A stretch of DNA of 64,000 bases from an uncultured Holosporaceae bacterium (GTDB lineage: Bacteria > Pseudomonadota > Alphaproteobacteria > UBA3830 > CASESI01). Where the stretch lies: contig CASESI010000013.1 of NCBI GenBank assembly GCA_949290705.1, positions 76,755-140,754 of the forward strand, in the 5' to 3' direction. Shown in pieces: positions 53,901-62,064 of this stretch. The position numbers and the translations under genes were made by a program. Positions within the stretch are counted from its first letter, which is position 1, and each line of letters begins with the position of its first letter. The notes beneath the pieces are model-generated. The model worked only from the letters and a program-made list of their open reading frames with translations. It did no database searches and was not told the origin of the DNA.

Positions 53901-54940
53901 TTAGTAAATGGAAAGAATTAATTTCTTACATGAATGATTATCTAGAAAAAAAACCTGGAAATTCAATTGCAATGTTAGAAAATTTTTTAACAAATTATTT
54001 GTCGCAAGTTACTCTGGAAAATTTTAAACAAAAAGATATAAATTCTAAATTCGAACTTATAACGAGAGATTTTTTCTTATACAAAAGATCCAGAATTGCA
54101 TCCGCTTTGAAAGCAAGAATTAACGAACTTTCTCAAGAAAAATATATTACAATTTATAATCAAATTGCTGACCTATTTAATACAAATCTTGCAGGAACAT
54201 TTCCTTTTGTAAAATTATCAAATTATTATACTGAAGATGCATTAATAGATGATGTTGAAAATTTTATACAGCAATTCAATAATTTTATTAATCCAGGAAT
54301 GATTGAATTTCTGAAAAAGAAACAAAAATCATCTCCTAAAATTGGTGTTAATGAAGCCTTAACATTTTTGAACCAAATTTCAACATTAAAAGATCTGCTT
54401 GTTACGATAATAGGAAGTGCCAAAAAGGTTTATAATAACAAAAATAAAATAATATTATCTGCAGTTTTTAAAGCAAACCCACGAGAGGAAATAGGAGGAA
54501 GTCAAATCTTAGACACAAAAATATCTGTAGGAAATTCATACATAAGTTACCTAGAATCACCTAACAAAGCAATAGAATGGTATAGCGGAGATGAAATAAA
54601 TTGTTCATTCCAATGGGCATCAAATGGATATACAATACCATATGGAAAATCAAACTATGTACTTTCTGTGAATGGAAACAATGCTAAATTTACATATAAA
54701 GGAAAATGGGCCCTTCTTAGATTACTACAAGATGCAGGATATACGCATGAAAGCTTCCCTGGAAACGGATCTTTATTAAAATTTTTAATCCCAACAATAG
54801 ATAAAAAAACAGGAAGGTTCAAACAAACAGCAAAATTATTCATAAGATTGAAAGTTAATCTGGATATAGCTAATAAATTAGAATCATTGTCTTTAACGAA
54901 ATTTCCTTATTTTGCACCAAAAATATTAGAGAAATTTTAA
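50930..54940 (+). CDS. tssM: T6SS membrane complex protein TssM (IcmF/ImpL)
   Basis: About 1336 aa. N-terminal TM helices, Walker A (VVGLSNSGKTTLL), a third TM around FLLFGFYF, and a long periplasmic C-region. Overlaps the tssL stop. The track ORF starts 12 nt earlier. Confidence 0.85.
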   Translation: MSSLFEKLLLIFTIISVLILSVLIISHLYRKKDDNSSINENISFLSPSIYAFFVRLGIIKTSALSKAFINSLHTLKNTIPSSDYRYAIPWYLVVGLSNSGKTTLLDNLSEFKLPGNDYNNLPENSTCKWFIYTNAIAIEVSSSIFETSFSNKKINNNWQFLAKLLSYYRPRRPLDGIILTIPADTLLKDEDYPGANKVIAQNIFENLWWLQSKINTRLPVYTIITKTDSVKGMNELLQNLSLEEKNQIFGWSTPYSLDEAYSHTWIDTAFKSILTSIQNLILKIAANNTYNDAFESTLSFKKNFEKLKIKIQQFTNPIFSPHDRNEGLLFRGLFFTASESVSGLNFNVDDKSVKLSFSSSALSFVRDLFTKKIFVEYNIAQPIFKTEIFNKGKSLIKHSIMYIIMAFLLFGFYFQYSKLQDNFAQLGDEIIDINSSVKKLKTIDSSQKTLLDQELKNILNTISELDTSGIKSIFVPLSWFVDVTDEIKQSISNSFDNAIINSIYFELNLRANYIRRKYEPKSYDRLKINTNVLNSKAFKELELYIQKVIALQNVEEKYNSLLEKDRSEYINTITSFLFSKEFNIEKFLRTRRKQNLKLPKFSIELYSEIIRENIKVLFSNFIKYCFSDTYEKIFNNLEINIKNLLSELQDINNNIYASDIKNLLKKVETIIKFISSENNSWLSNNNFNPGNKFLELMDQLSTIKAIDSKFISSLQGFADENLILFKNKLLKYQTSLTGTFLKNTKSKVEMYPSNNFIEFYKNLETLSKETFMLNIPNRDIINDIPNSKLLIWNEDIINNISDLIIEFNNFKNTKIKSMKIENAQVYKEIAKRVLRNNIINMIAKAENFDDMNLSSNKDIKLGLIKNSIRNLSAIKTKLLSIIEFLDSEFSTHKNMVFNLLKNYYGRILIETDTLFEKNQPYDIKFNSINTWDGISNVSMLVFNSISESEIIDYLKIQNHSLKVFTKDIIEPILDLLDYKALRLPNEYQFTVSKWKELISYMNDYLEKKPGNSIAMLENFLTNYLSQVTLENFKQKDINSKFELITRDFFLYKRSRIASALKARINELSQEKYITIYNQIADLFNTNLAGTFPFVKLSNYYTEDALIDDVENFIQQFNNFINPGMIEFLKKKQKSSPKIGVNEALTFLNQISTLKDLLVTIIGSAKKVYNNKNKIILSAVFKANPREEIGGSQILDTKISVGNSYISYLESPNKAIEWYSGDEINCSFQWASNGYTIPYGKSNYVLSVNGNNAKFTYKGKWALLRLLQDAGYTHESFPGNGSLLKFLIPTIDKKTGRFKQTAKLFIRLKVNLDIANKLESLSLTKFPYFAPKILEKF

Positions 54941-55028
54941 TTTAGTTTTTACTGATTATTTTATTTTCAAGTGGTATGATTAGCTGTCGATTATATTTTT
55001 CGACGTAATAATTTTTAAGGAGTATATT

Positions 55029-56462
55029 ATGTTAAACATAAAATTTAACGATGGTACAAAACCATTAAGAAACCTTATCATAGGATTACGTGACAAAGAT
55101 GAACTTCAAAACTTCAAAAACTGTATAACTGAAGAAGCTTTTCGAAAAGCGGAAAAAATAATTTCTGAATTTGATTTTAAAAAATCAGAATATGACATTA
55201 TAAAACTTCCAGATGATAATACCGATTTCATAGGCTTATTTTCGATTGAAGCAGAGACAGATTCAACCAAGATTGCTGATTCTATTATTACTATTTCAAA
55301 TAATCTAAAAAAATTCGACGATATAAATGTAACATTCGATTTAAGTGAAGAATTAACGTTGGACATACTCGAAATTGTAAAATTGAAATCTTGGACTTTC
55401 GATAAATACAAATCTAAAAAAGATGCAAAAGATAAAAATATAAACTTTATTTCAAACAATAAAAAATTAGAAAACGCATTTGAGACTCGAAACAATGTTA
55501 TTAATTCCGTATCATTTGCAAAGGAATTGATTTCTGAACCTGCAAGCATTGTAACTCCTAAATCATTTGAAGGATATGCGAAAGAACTAGAAAATCTTGG
55601 AGTAGAAGTATCGGTATTAGATTTTAATTACCTAAAACAACACAAAATGGGTGGTATTGTTGCTGTTGGAGAAGGAAGTGATATCGAACCCAGGATTATC
55701 GTATTAAAATACATGAACAATAAATCCTCTGATGAGGCAACTGTTCTTGTTGGTAAAGGAATTACGTTTGATAGCGGTGGATTAAACCTAAAACCATCTC
55801 AAGCAATCTACGACATGAAGACAGATATGTCAGGAGCTGCTGCGGTTATTGCAACAATTAAAGCAGTTGCATCAAACAAATTAAATAAAAACGTTGTTGG
55901 TATACTTGGACTTGCTGAAAACCTACCTTCTGGGCATTCTTATAAGCCAGGCGATGTTATTACTATGATGAATGGAATGACAGTTGAGGTTGGAGATACT
56001 GATGCAGAGGGCAGATTAGTCCTCGCAGATTGTTTAACATATGCTCAAAAAAATTTCAAAGTAAAAGAAATTATTGATCTTGCTACATTAACTGGAGCTT
56101 GCATAATAGCCCTTGGATACAGATTCTGCGGATTATTTGCAAATGATGATCAGTTGAAGTACGAATTATTAAAATCTTCAAAAACAACGAAAGAAGCACT
56201 TTGGGAACTTCCTATGTGTGATTTCTTTGATAAAGCAATTAATTCCGACATAGCTGATATAAAGAACATTGCAAGATCTGGAACAGGAGCTGGAAGCTCT
56301 ACAGCGGCTCATTTCCTTAAGAGGTTTATTGAAAAAAATATAAAATGGTCACACCTTGACATAGCCGGAGTTGCATTTACAAAAGAAAGTACTCCTGTCT
56401 CTGCAAAAGGTGCAACTGGATTTGGAGTTAGATTACTTTATAACTTCATAGAGAATAATTAA
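55029..56462 (+). CDS. pepA: Leucyl aminopeptidase (M17)
   Basis: VGKGITFDSGGLNLKP, MKTDMSGAAAV, GDTDAEGRLVLAD and DLATLTGA are the canonical M17 motifs. AAGGAG RBS. Confidence 0.95.
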   Translation: MLNIKFNDGTKPLRNLIIGLRDKDELQNFKNCITEEAFRKAEKIISEFDFKKSEYDIIKLPDDNTDFIGLFSIEAETDSTKIADSIITISNNLKKFDDINVTFDLSEELTLDILEIVKLKSWTFDKYKSKKDAKDKNINFISNNKKLENAFETRNNVINSVSFAKELISEPASIVTPKSFEGYAKELENLGVEVSVLDFNYLKQHKMGGIVAVGEGSDIEPRIIVLKYMNNKSSDEATVLVGKGITFDSGGLNLKPSQAIYDMKTDMSGAAAVIATIKAVASNKLNKNVVGILGLAENLPSGHSYKPGDVITMMNGMTVEVGDTDAEGRLVLADCLTYAQKNFKVKEIIDLATLTGACIIALGYRFCGLFANDDQLKYELLKSSKTTKEALWELPMCDFFDKAINSDIADIKNIARSGTGAGSSTAAHFLKRFIEKNIKWSHLDIAGVAFTKESTPVSAKGATGFGVRLLYNFIENN

Positions 56463-56511
56463 AAAATATGATGCAAAAATAAGTATTATATGATACACTC
56501 TAAGGAGAGTT

Positions 56512-56582
56512 GGCCGGATGGCAGAATGGTTATGCAGAGGATTGCAAATCCTTGGACGTTGGTTCGATTCCGACTTCGGCCT
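56512..56582 (+). tRNA. tRNA-Cys (anticodon GCA)
   Basis: GGCCGGATGGCAGAATGGTTATGCAGAGGATTGCAAATCCTTGGACGTTGGTTCGATTCCGACTTCGGCCT. Acceptor GGCCGGA/TTCGGCC, anticodon loop TTGCAAA. CCA is not encoded. Confidence 0.85.
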
Positions 56583-56663
56583 CTTTTTTCCGTTATTTTC
56601 AATGGTTAAATTTTCTTTAATATTTAATAAATAATTAACCTTTTAGTTTTAAATTAATAAATT

Positions 56664-57569
56664 ATGGTGGATAATATATGTTTTTTCGAAGCAAGTAGTA
56701 TGCAACATGCATTACTAGTAATACGAGAAAAATATGGAGACGATGGAGTAATTCTATTCCAAAGTCCTATTAAAAACTCTTCAGAAAAAATCATAGTTTG
56801 TGCCGCTAAACAAATCTCTGATATGGATTCTATCGAATTGAAAGCCACATCTGACACAATAAAAATTCTTGTAAAGTATGGTTTTTCAAAAAATTTTATA
56901 AAACGTGCATACCAAACATTGGATCAAAGACACAAAATTATTTTACCTAATATCGCCTCATACCTAGATACCATATTTGAATGTAATATAATTTCTGAAA
57001 TATCCACGAAAGGAAAATCATTTATATTCATAGGGGCATTCGGTGCTGGGAAAACAACAATGCTGACTAAATTCGTGAAAAACTGCATAGATAACACTAT
57101 TTACCCAAACATATACTATTGCACTATTGATAAAAATTATAAAACCTATGATTTAAACATAATATTAAAAAAGCTACACTTAAACATGAAAGTCATTTCA
57201 ATTAATGATATAGAAACAATCAAAAACTCTAGCAATATAAATTTTATAGATACCCAAGGAATAGATTGCGATGCAAAGCAAGACATTGAATTAATAACAA
57301 AGTTGATCTCAAATAACATCATTCCTATTTATGTTGTAAGATCAGATGTTAATCCTCAAAAACTAAAACAACATGTAAAAGAATTAAAAAACATAGGTGT
57401 ACATTATTTTATAATAAATCATTTGGGAAATAAAAAACTCCTCGGAGGAACACTTTCTATCCTATCTGATTTCGATTGCACAATACTCAGCATAAATCAA
57501 TCTGGAATTTTAAAACAACCAATTTCCCTTGACGTTAAAACAGATATTATAAACATAATAAATTCGTAA
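56664..57569 (+). CDS. flhF: Flagellar biosynthesis SRP-type GTPase FlhF (short form)
   Basis: The N-terminus (FFEASSMQHALLVIREKYGDDGVILFQ) resembles the FlhF B-domain start. P-loop (FIGAFGAGKTTMLTKF) and DTQG (FIDTQG) as in the SRP-GTPase G1/G3 motifs. Confidence 0.65.
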   Translation: MVDNICFFEASSMQHALLVIREKYGDDGVILFQSPIKNSSEKIIVCAAKQISDMDSIELKATSDTIKILVKYGFSKNFIKRAYQTLDQRHKIILPNIASYLDTIFECNIISEISTKGKSFIFIGAFGAGKTTMLTKFVKNCIDNTIYPNIYYCTIDKNYKTYDLNIILKKLHLNMKVISINDIETIKNSSNINFIDTQGIDCDAKQDIELITKLISNNIIPIYVVRSDVNPQKLKQHVKELKNIGVHYFIINHLGNKKLLGGTLSILSDFDCTILSINQSGILKQPISLDVKTDIINIINS

Positions 57570-57580
57570 AACTTCGTATA

Positions 57581-57609
57581 TTGACTTATATTAATTACTT
57601 TGATATAAT
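57581..57609 (+). promoter_or_regulatory. Sigma70-type promoter for tRNA-His
   Basis: TTGACT (57581-57586), a 17-nt spacer, then TATAAT (57604-57609). The tRNA starts 11 nt downstream. Confidence 0.7.
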
Positions 57610-57619
57610 GGAAACATGA

Positions 57620-57697
57620 GGCGAATGTAGCTCAGCAGGTTAGAGCGCCAGATTGTGGTCCTGGATGTCGTCGGTTCGATTCCGATCGTTCGCCCCA
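57620..57697 (+). tRNA. tRNA-His (anticodon GUG) with encoded G-1
   Basis: G-GCGAATGTAGCTCAGCAGGTTAGAGCGCCAGATTGTGGTCCTGGATGTCGTCGGTTCGATTCCGATCGTTCGCCCCA. Anticodon loop TTGTGGT. The extra 5' G is opposite C73, as expected for tRNA-His. Encoded CCA. Confidence 0.9.
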
Positions 57698-57764
57698 ATT
57701 TCATCATACAACTTATTCTGCTTTGTTAATTTAAAATTAACCTTTCAATATTATCATATTCCCT

Positions 57765-59588
57765 ATGCAAAATATTTATAAAGAATTCTTTGAAGCGTAT
57801 CGTGATTTCAATTTAAAAAATCTAAGCTTAATAAATGATTTTTACAAAAATACGCTTAATGGATCGTCATTCAGTTTCTTTAATGAAGATCACATTAAAT
57901 CGATAAATGAAGCAAACAAAATATTATTTTCTGATCCTGAATTTATCAAAGCGAAAAATGATGAATTACTGAATAATATGAAAATGATATTCGAAAGATT
58001 TTATCAAAAAATGCACGATAAGTACTCTGAATACCTCAATAAGGATTCCAAAGAAAAAGAAACTGAAATTACAAGTTATATAAGCTTTATTCATCCAAAA
58101 GATAAAAGATTCTCTGATTCAGAATGGACTAATAACCCCTTCTCCGATCTTGCGAAAGAGTTTTATGGCGCTTTTTCAAATTGGCTCACAAATCTTTACA
58201 GCTCAAAAAAAGATGAAATCAAAGATTATCAAACTGTTGAATTCATTGTAAAACAATACATAGATGCGATATCACCTTCTAATAATCCTATGATAAACCC
58301 AACGGTTGTAAAAAATCTTATAGAATCAAATGGGGAAAGTTTCATAAATGGTATGAAAAATCTTTTAGAAGATTTTAAAGATGGAAAAACGCTTTTAAAT
58401 CCAACAACAAATGACCAGAAATACTTTGAAATAGGAAAAAATATAGCAACAACAAAAGGAAAAGTTGTATACCAAAATGATATGATGCAACTTATACAAT
58501 ACGACTCAACAACCAAGAAAAATTATTCCGTTCCTATTTTAATAATCTCTCCTTGGATCAACAAATATTACATAATGGATTTATCTCCTGATTCGTCATT
58601 TGTAAAATGGCTTGTAGATCAAGGTTTCACAGTATTTATTGTTTCATGGGTAAATCCTGATTCTCAATACAGAAATAAATCATTTGAAAATTACGCAAAC
58701 GAAGGAATTATAACTGCATTAAATAAAATTCATGAACTTCTAAATGTTACAGAAACAAATGTTATAGGGTATTGTTTGGGAGGAACGTTGCTTGCTTCTA
58801 CACTTGCAATTTTAAACAGTAAAGAATGTAAAATAAAACTTCCAAACAAAATAAAAACAGGAACTTTCATCGCAACACTGACTGATTTTACGAATGTTGG
58901 AGATTTTTCAATTTTTACTACGGAAAAATTCATAAGCAATATAGAAAAACTTATGGAAAAAACCGGATACTTAGATAAATCTATTATGTTTAAAACATTC
59001 AATTTGTTAAAAGCAAACGATATGATTTGGTCCAACGTAGTCAGAAATTATCTAATGGGACAAGAACCTATCAAAATGGACATCCTCTCCTGGAACGCTG
59101 ATACAACAAATATGCCTTATGCAATGCACAGCTTCTTGTTACGTAATATGTACCAAAAAAATCTTTTAAAAGAGCCGGGAAAATTAAAACTACTCGGACT
59201 CCCTGTGGATTTACGCAAAGTTAACATACCGACGTTTATGCTTGCAACAGAAAAAGATCATATTGCCCCTTGGAAATCCACATTCTCTGCAACAAAACTT
59301 TTCTCTGGGCCAATGAAATTTGTACTTGCTGGATCTGGACATGTAGCAGGAGTTATTAATTCTGTAAAACAAAACAAATACTACTATTACGTGAATGATC
59401 AAATAAAAAAATCAGCTGATGAGTGGCTAAAAAATGCTCAAAAATTCAACGGATCTTGGTGGAATGAATGGCAGAAATGGATCACTCAATTCGCAGGGGA
59501 AATGATCCCATCAAGAACAATAAAGAAATGGATCGAAGAAGCGCCTGGAAGCTATGTAAAAAACTTCGTTCCCCAAATCAAAAAATAA
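57765..59588 (+). CDS. phaC: Class I poly(R)-hydroxyalkanoate synthase PhaC
   Basis: 607 aa. Lipase-box-like GYCLGGTLL (G-x-C-x-G-G). PhaC N-domain (...DKRFSDSEWTNNPF...). C-terminal ...GHVAGVIN... with catalytic His context. Confidence 0.9.
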   Translation: MQNIYKEFFEAYRDFNLKNLSLINDFYKNTLNGSSFSFFNEDHIKSINEANKILFSDPEFIKAKNDELLNNMKMIFERFYQKMHDKYSEYLNKDSKEKETEITSYISFIHPKDKRFSDSEWTNNPFSDLAKEFYGAFSNWLTNLYSSKKDEIKDYQTVEFIVKQYIDAISPSNNPMINPTVVKNLIESNGESFINGMKNLLEDFKDGKTLLNPTTNDQKYFEIGKNIATTKGKVVYQNDMMQLIQYDSTTKKNYSVPILIISPWINKYYIMDLSPDSSFVKWLVDQGFTVFIVSWVNPDSQYRNKSFENYANEGIITALNKIHELLNVTETNVIGYCLGGTLLASTLAILNSKECKIKLPNKIKTGTFIATLTDFTNVGDFSIFTTEKFISNIEKLMEKTGYLDKSIMFKTFNLLKANDMIWSNVVRNYLMGQEPIKMDILSWNADTTNMPYAMHSFLLRNMYQKNLLKEPGKLKLLGLPVDLRKVNIPTFMLATEKDHIAPWKSTFSATKLFSGPMKFVLAGSGHVAGVINSVKQNKYYYYVNDQIKKSADEWLKNAQKFNGSWWNEWQKWITQFAGEMIPSRTIKKWIEEAPGSYVKNFVPQIKK

Positions 59589-59599
59589 TCTTTTTAATT

Positions 59600-60202
59600 T
59601 TATTTTTTTCCAACAATTTTTATATAACTGATAATTTTTTTCACCCCAACTAAACTCTTAGCTATTGCTATAACAGAATCCAACTCTTTTTCAGAATTAA
59701 CCGTTCCAATCAAATAAATATTAAATTTATAAACTAAAATTTTATAATTCAAAGACTTTGTATCATTATTAATCACTGTCCTTGCGTTAAAATCTGCTAT
59801 CATCAAGTTATCACTACAAGCATCTACAAAGCTATAACTCTCACCTATTTTCATTTCATCATAAACATCATGAACATTTTTTATAGATTTTATTGTCTCC
59901 AGAATACTACACTTTGATTCATTACTAGGCACTGACCCGACAATTAAAACATCCCCATTCTTTACGACATAAAAAATATCTTTTTTTAATTTATGACTTA
60001 ACTTCCCAAGTGCATCATCAACCTTCACTGTAAGTTCAACATCAGAAATCTTTCCCCCAATTCCTTTTTCATTCCGAATAGCATATCCACCTGCTGTTAC
60101 ACCTGTTCCTATAAAAAGAGGAACACAAGACGTTAATAACACTGAACACAAGACTAAAAATATCTTACACATAAAAACCATGCTAAAAACTTTAATATAC
60201 AT
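59600..60202 (-). CDS. BON-domain lipoprotein (DolP/YraP/OsmY-like)
   Basis: Lipobox VLLTSC. Two BON-like repeats (...VVKNGDVLIVGSVPSNESK... and ...VYKFNIYLIGTVNSEKELD...AKSLVGVKKI). An alternative start is at 60181. Confidence 0.7.
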   Translation of the reverse strand: MYIKVFSMVFMCKIFLVLCSVLLTSCVPLFIGTGVTAGGYAIRNEKGIGGKISDVELTVKVDDALGKLSHKLKKDIFYVVKNGDVLIVGSVPSNESKCSILETIKSIKNVHDVYDEMKIGESYSFVDACSDNLMIADFNARTVINNDTKSLNYKILVYKFNIYLIGTVNSEKELDSVIAIAKSLVGVKKIISYIKIVGKK

Positions 60203-60266
60203 ATTAAGTATTTTTTAACCTTTTTATTATATTATAAATATTACAAATTGTAATGGAGAAAAATTT

Positions 60267-60704
60267 ATGAAAATGGACCCTAAAGATTTTCAAGATTTTA
60301 TAAAGAAAATCACACCAAAAGTTGATATGAATGAAATACTTGAGATGTATAAGAAAAATTTGGATTATATAACATCATGCAACAAGGTTTTAATGGCAAC
60401 ATTGCAAGATATCTATAACTTAAATGTTGATTTCATGAAACAACAATCAAAGGTTGCAAAGGATAACATGGGACATATGATGGATGTTAAAAACATTGGC
60501 GATTATGCAAAAGTTACATCAGAGGCTATGTCTGCTTATTTCAAAGATTATACAAATCATATTAACAGTATAAAAGATAACATTGTCAATTCCTCGACAA
60601 AAATGACTGATATTGCAAAAGAGCGCACAGAAGATGTTATTAACACAACAAAAGATAACATGCAGAAAATGCAAGAAACAATGAAAAAAGCCGCTTCAAA
60701 GTAA
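60267..60704 (+). CDS. phaP: Phasin (PHA granule-associated protein), putative
   Basis: 145 aa, helical and K/E/M-rich. Lies between phaC and phaA. The layout resembles the phasin_2 family. Called from position and composition. Confidence 0.55.
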   Translation: MKMDPKDFQDFIKKITPKVDMNEILEMYKKNLDYITSCNKVLMATLQDIYNLNVDFMKQQSKVAKDNMGHMMDVKNIGDYAKVTSEAMSAYFKDYTNHINSIKDNIVNSSTKMTDIAKERTEDVINTTKDNMQKMQETMKKAASK

Positions 60705-60727
60705 TATCATGCAAACTTTCTTAATTT

Positions 60728-60769
60728 CACAATTTTTATGGAATACCTGTAAAGATTGTGCTCTTTTTA
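60728..60769 (+). terminator. Putative intrinsic terminator after the phasin gene
   Basis: CACAATTTTTA (60728-60738) pairs with TAAAGATTGTG (60750-60760), an 11-bp stem with one mismatch and an 11-nt loop. It is followed by CTCTTTTTA. The stem is AT-rich and therefore weak. Confidence 0.4.
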
Positions 60770-60886
60770 TTGGAAAAAATTTTTTAAAAACAACTCTCAA
60801 AATGTACCATTTTTAATTTTATTTTGTACATGTAAAAATTATTTTTGATTAACCGATTTTTAATTTAAAAGATTTATATTTTTACT

Positions 60887-62053
60887 ATGGACAATATTGT
60901 AATAGTTAATTATAAAAGAACACCTCTTGGAGCTTTCCAAGGTGCTCTCAAAGGGTTTAGTAGTACTGATCTCGGATCTCATGTGATAAAAGGATGCCTC
61001 GAAGGATTTGATAATGTAAGGGTCGATAATGTATTAATGGGATGCGTACTTCCTGCTGGATTGGGCCAAGCTCCTGCAAGACAAGCTGCAATCAATGCTG
61101 GATTGCCATTTAACGTCAACGCAATTACTATCAACAAAGTGTGCGGGTCAGGAATGCAAAGTATTATGCTCGCCCATGATATGATTATGGCTGGCACAAG
61201 CAGCGTTGCAATTGCTGGAGGAATGGAAAGCATGACAAACGCCCCTTATTTATTGGAAAAAGCAAGAAGTGGATACAGACTTGGTCACAACAAAATCATA
61301 GATCACATGTTCAAAGATGGTCTTGAAGATGCTTACAGTAACGGAAAATTGATGGGAGAATTTGCTGAAGATACAGCTGAACTATATAAATTCTCACGCG
61401 AAGATCAAGATAATTATGCAATAAAATCTGTACAAAAAGCTCAAAAGAATCTTGATAATTTAAAAAATGAAATTTATCCACTCGAAATCAAATCTAAAAA
61501 AGGATCCGAAATTTTGGACAAAGACGAAACTCCTTTAAAAGTTGATATAGAAAAAATAAAAAAACTAAGACCTGCATTCAGATCAAACGGTACTGTCACT
61601 GCTGCTTCCTCAAGCTCTATCGCAGACGGAGCTGGATGTGTGCTTTTGATGAAGGAATCAATGGCTGCAAAACTTAATTGTACTCCTATCGCAAAAATTG
61701 TTTCATTCTCAAGTTTCTCACAAGATCCAAAATTCTTCACGACAGCCCCAATAGGATCTATAAAAGATGCCCTTTCAAAAGCTGATTGGCAACTTAATGA
61801 CGTAGATTTGTTCGAAATCAACGAAGCATTCGCCGTTGTCGCAATGTCCGCAATGCATGACCTTGAAATCCCTGAGGAAAAAGTCAATATTTTCGGTGGA
61901 GCATGTGCTCTTGGCCATCCTCTCGGGGCAAGCGGTGTCCGCATTGTCATCACATTACTCAATGCATTAAAAACAACTGGACAAAGGCGCGGACTTGCAA
62001 CACTTTGCGTCGGTGGCGGAGAAGGTGTCGCAATAACAGTCGAAATGATTTAA
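60887..62053 (+). CDS. phaA: Acetyl-CoA C-acetyltransferase (beta-ketothiolase)
   Basis: NKVCGSGMQSI (active-site Cys), ...NEAFAVV..., GGACALGHPLGASG and CVGGGEGVAITVEMI are the canonical thiolase II motifs. Confidence 0.95.
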   Translation: MDNIVIVNYKRTPLGAFQGALKGFSSTDLGSHVIKGCLEGFDNVRVDNVLMGCVLPAGLGQAPARQAAINAGLPFNVNAITINKVCGSGMQSIMLAHDMIMAGTSSVAIAGGMESMTNAPYLLEKARSGYRLGHNKIIDHMFKDGLEDAYSNGKLMGEFAEDTAELYKFSREDQDNYAIKSVQKAQKNLDNLKNEIYPLEIKSKKGSEILDKDETPLKVDIEKIKKLRPAFRSNGTVTAASSSSIADGAGCVLLMKESMAAKLNCTPIAKIVSFSSFSQDPKFFTTAPIGSIKDALSKADWQLNDVDLFEINEAFAVVAMSAMHDLEIPEEKVNIFGGACALGHPLGASGVRIVITLLNALKTTGQRRGLATLCVGGGEGVAITVEMI

Positions 62054-62064
62054 TTTTCTATCTT

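Noticed and set aside
54990-55015. Hairpin GTCGA-N9-TCGAC after tssM as an intrinsic terminator.
   Set aside because: The stem is only 5 bp and lacks a proper downstream U-tract, so it is too weak to call.
48681-56582. tssKLM-pepA bracketed by tRNA-Val and tRNA-Cys as a tRNA-integrated genomic island.
   Set aside because: - No integrase or mobility gene is present.
- I saw no duplicated tRNA 3' fragment.
- pepA is housekeeping.
- Composition looks like the rest of the window.
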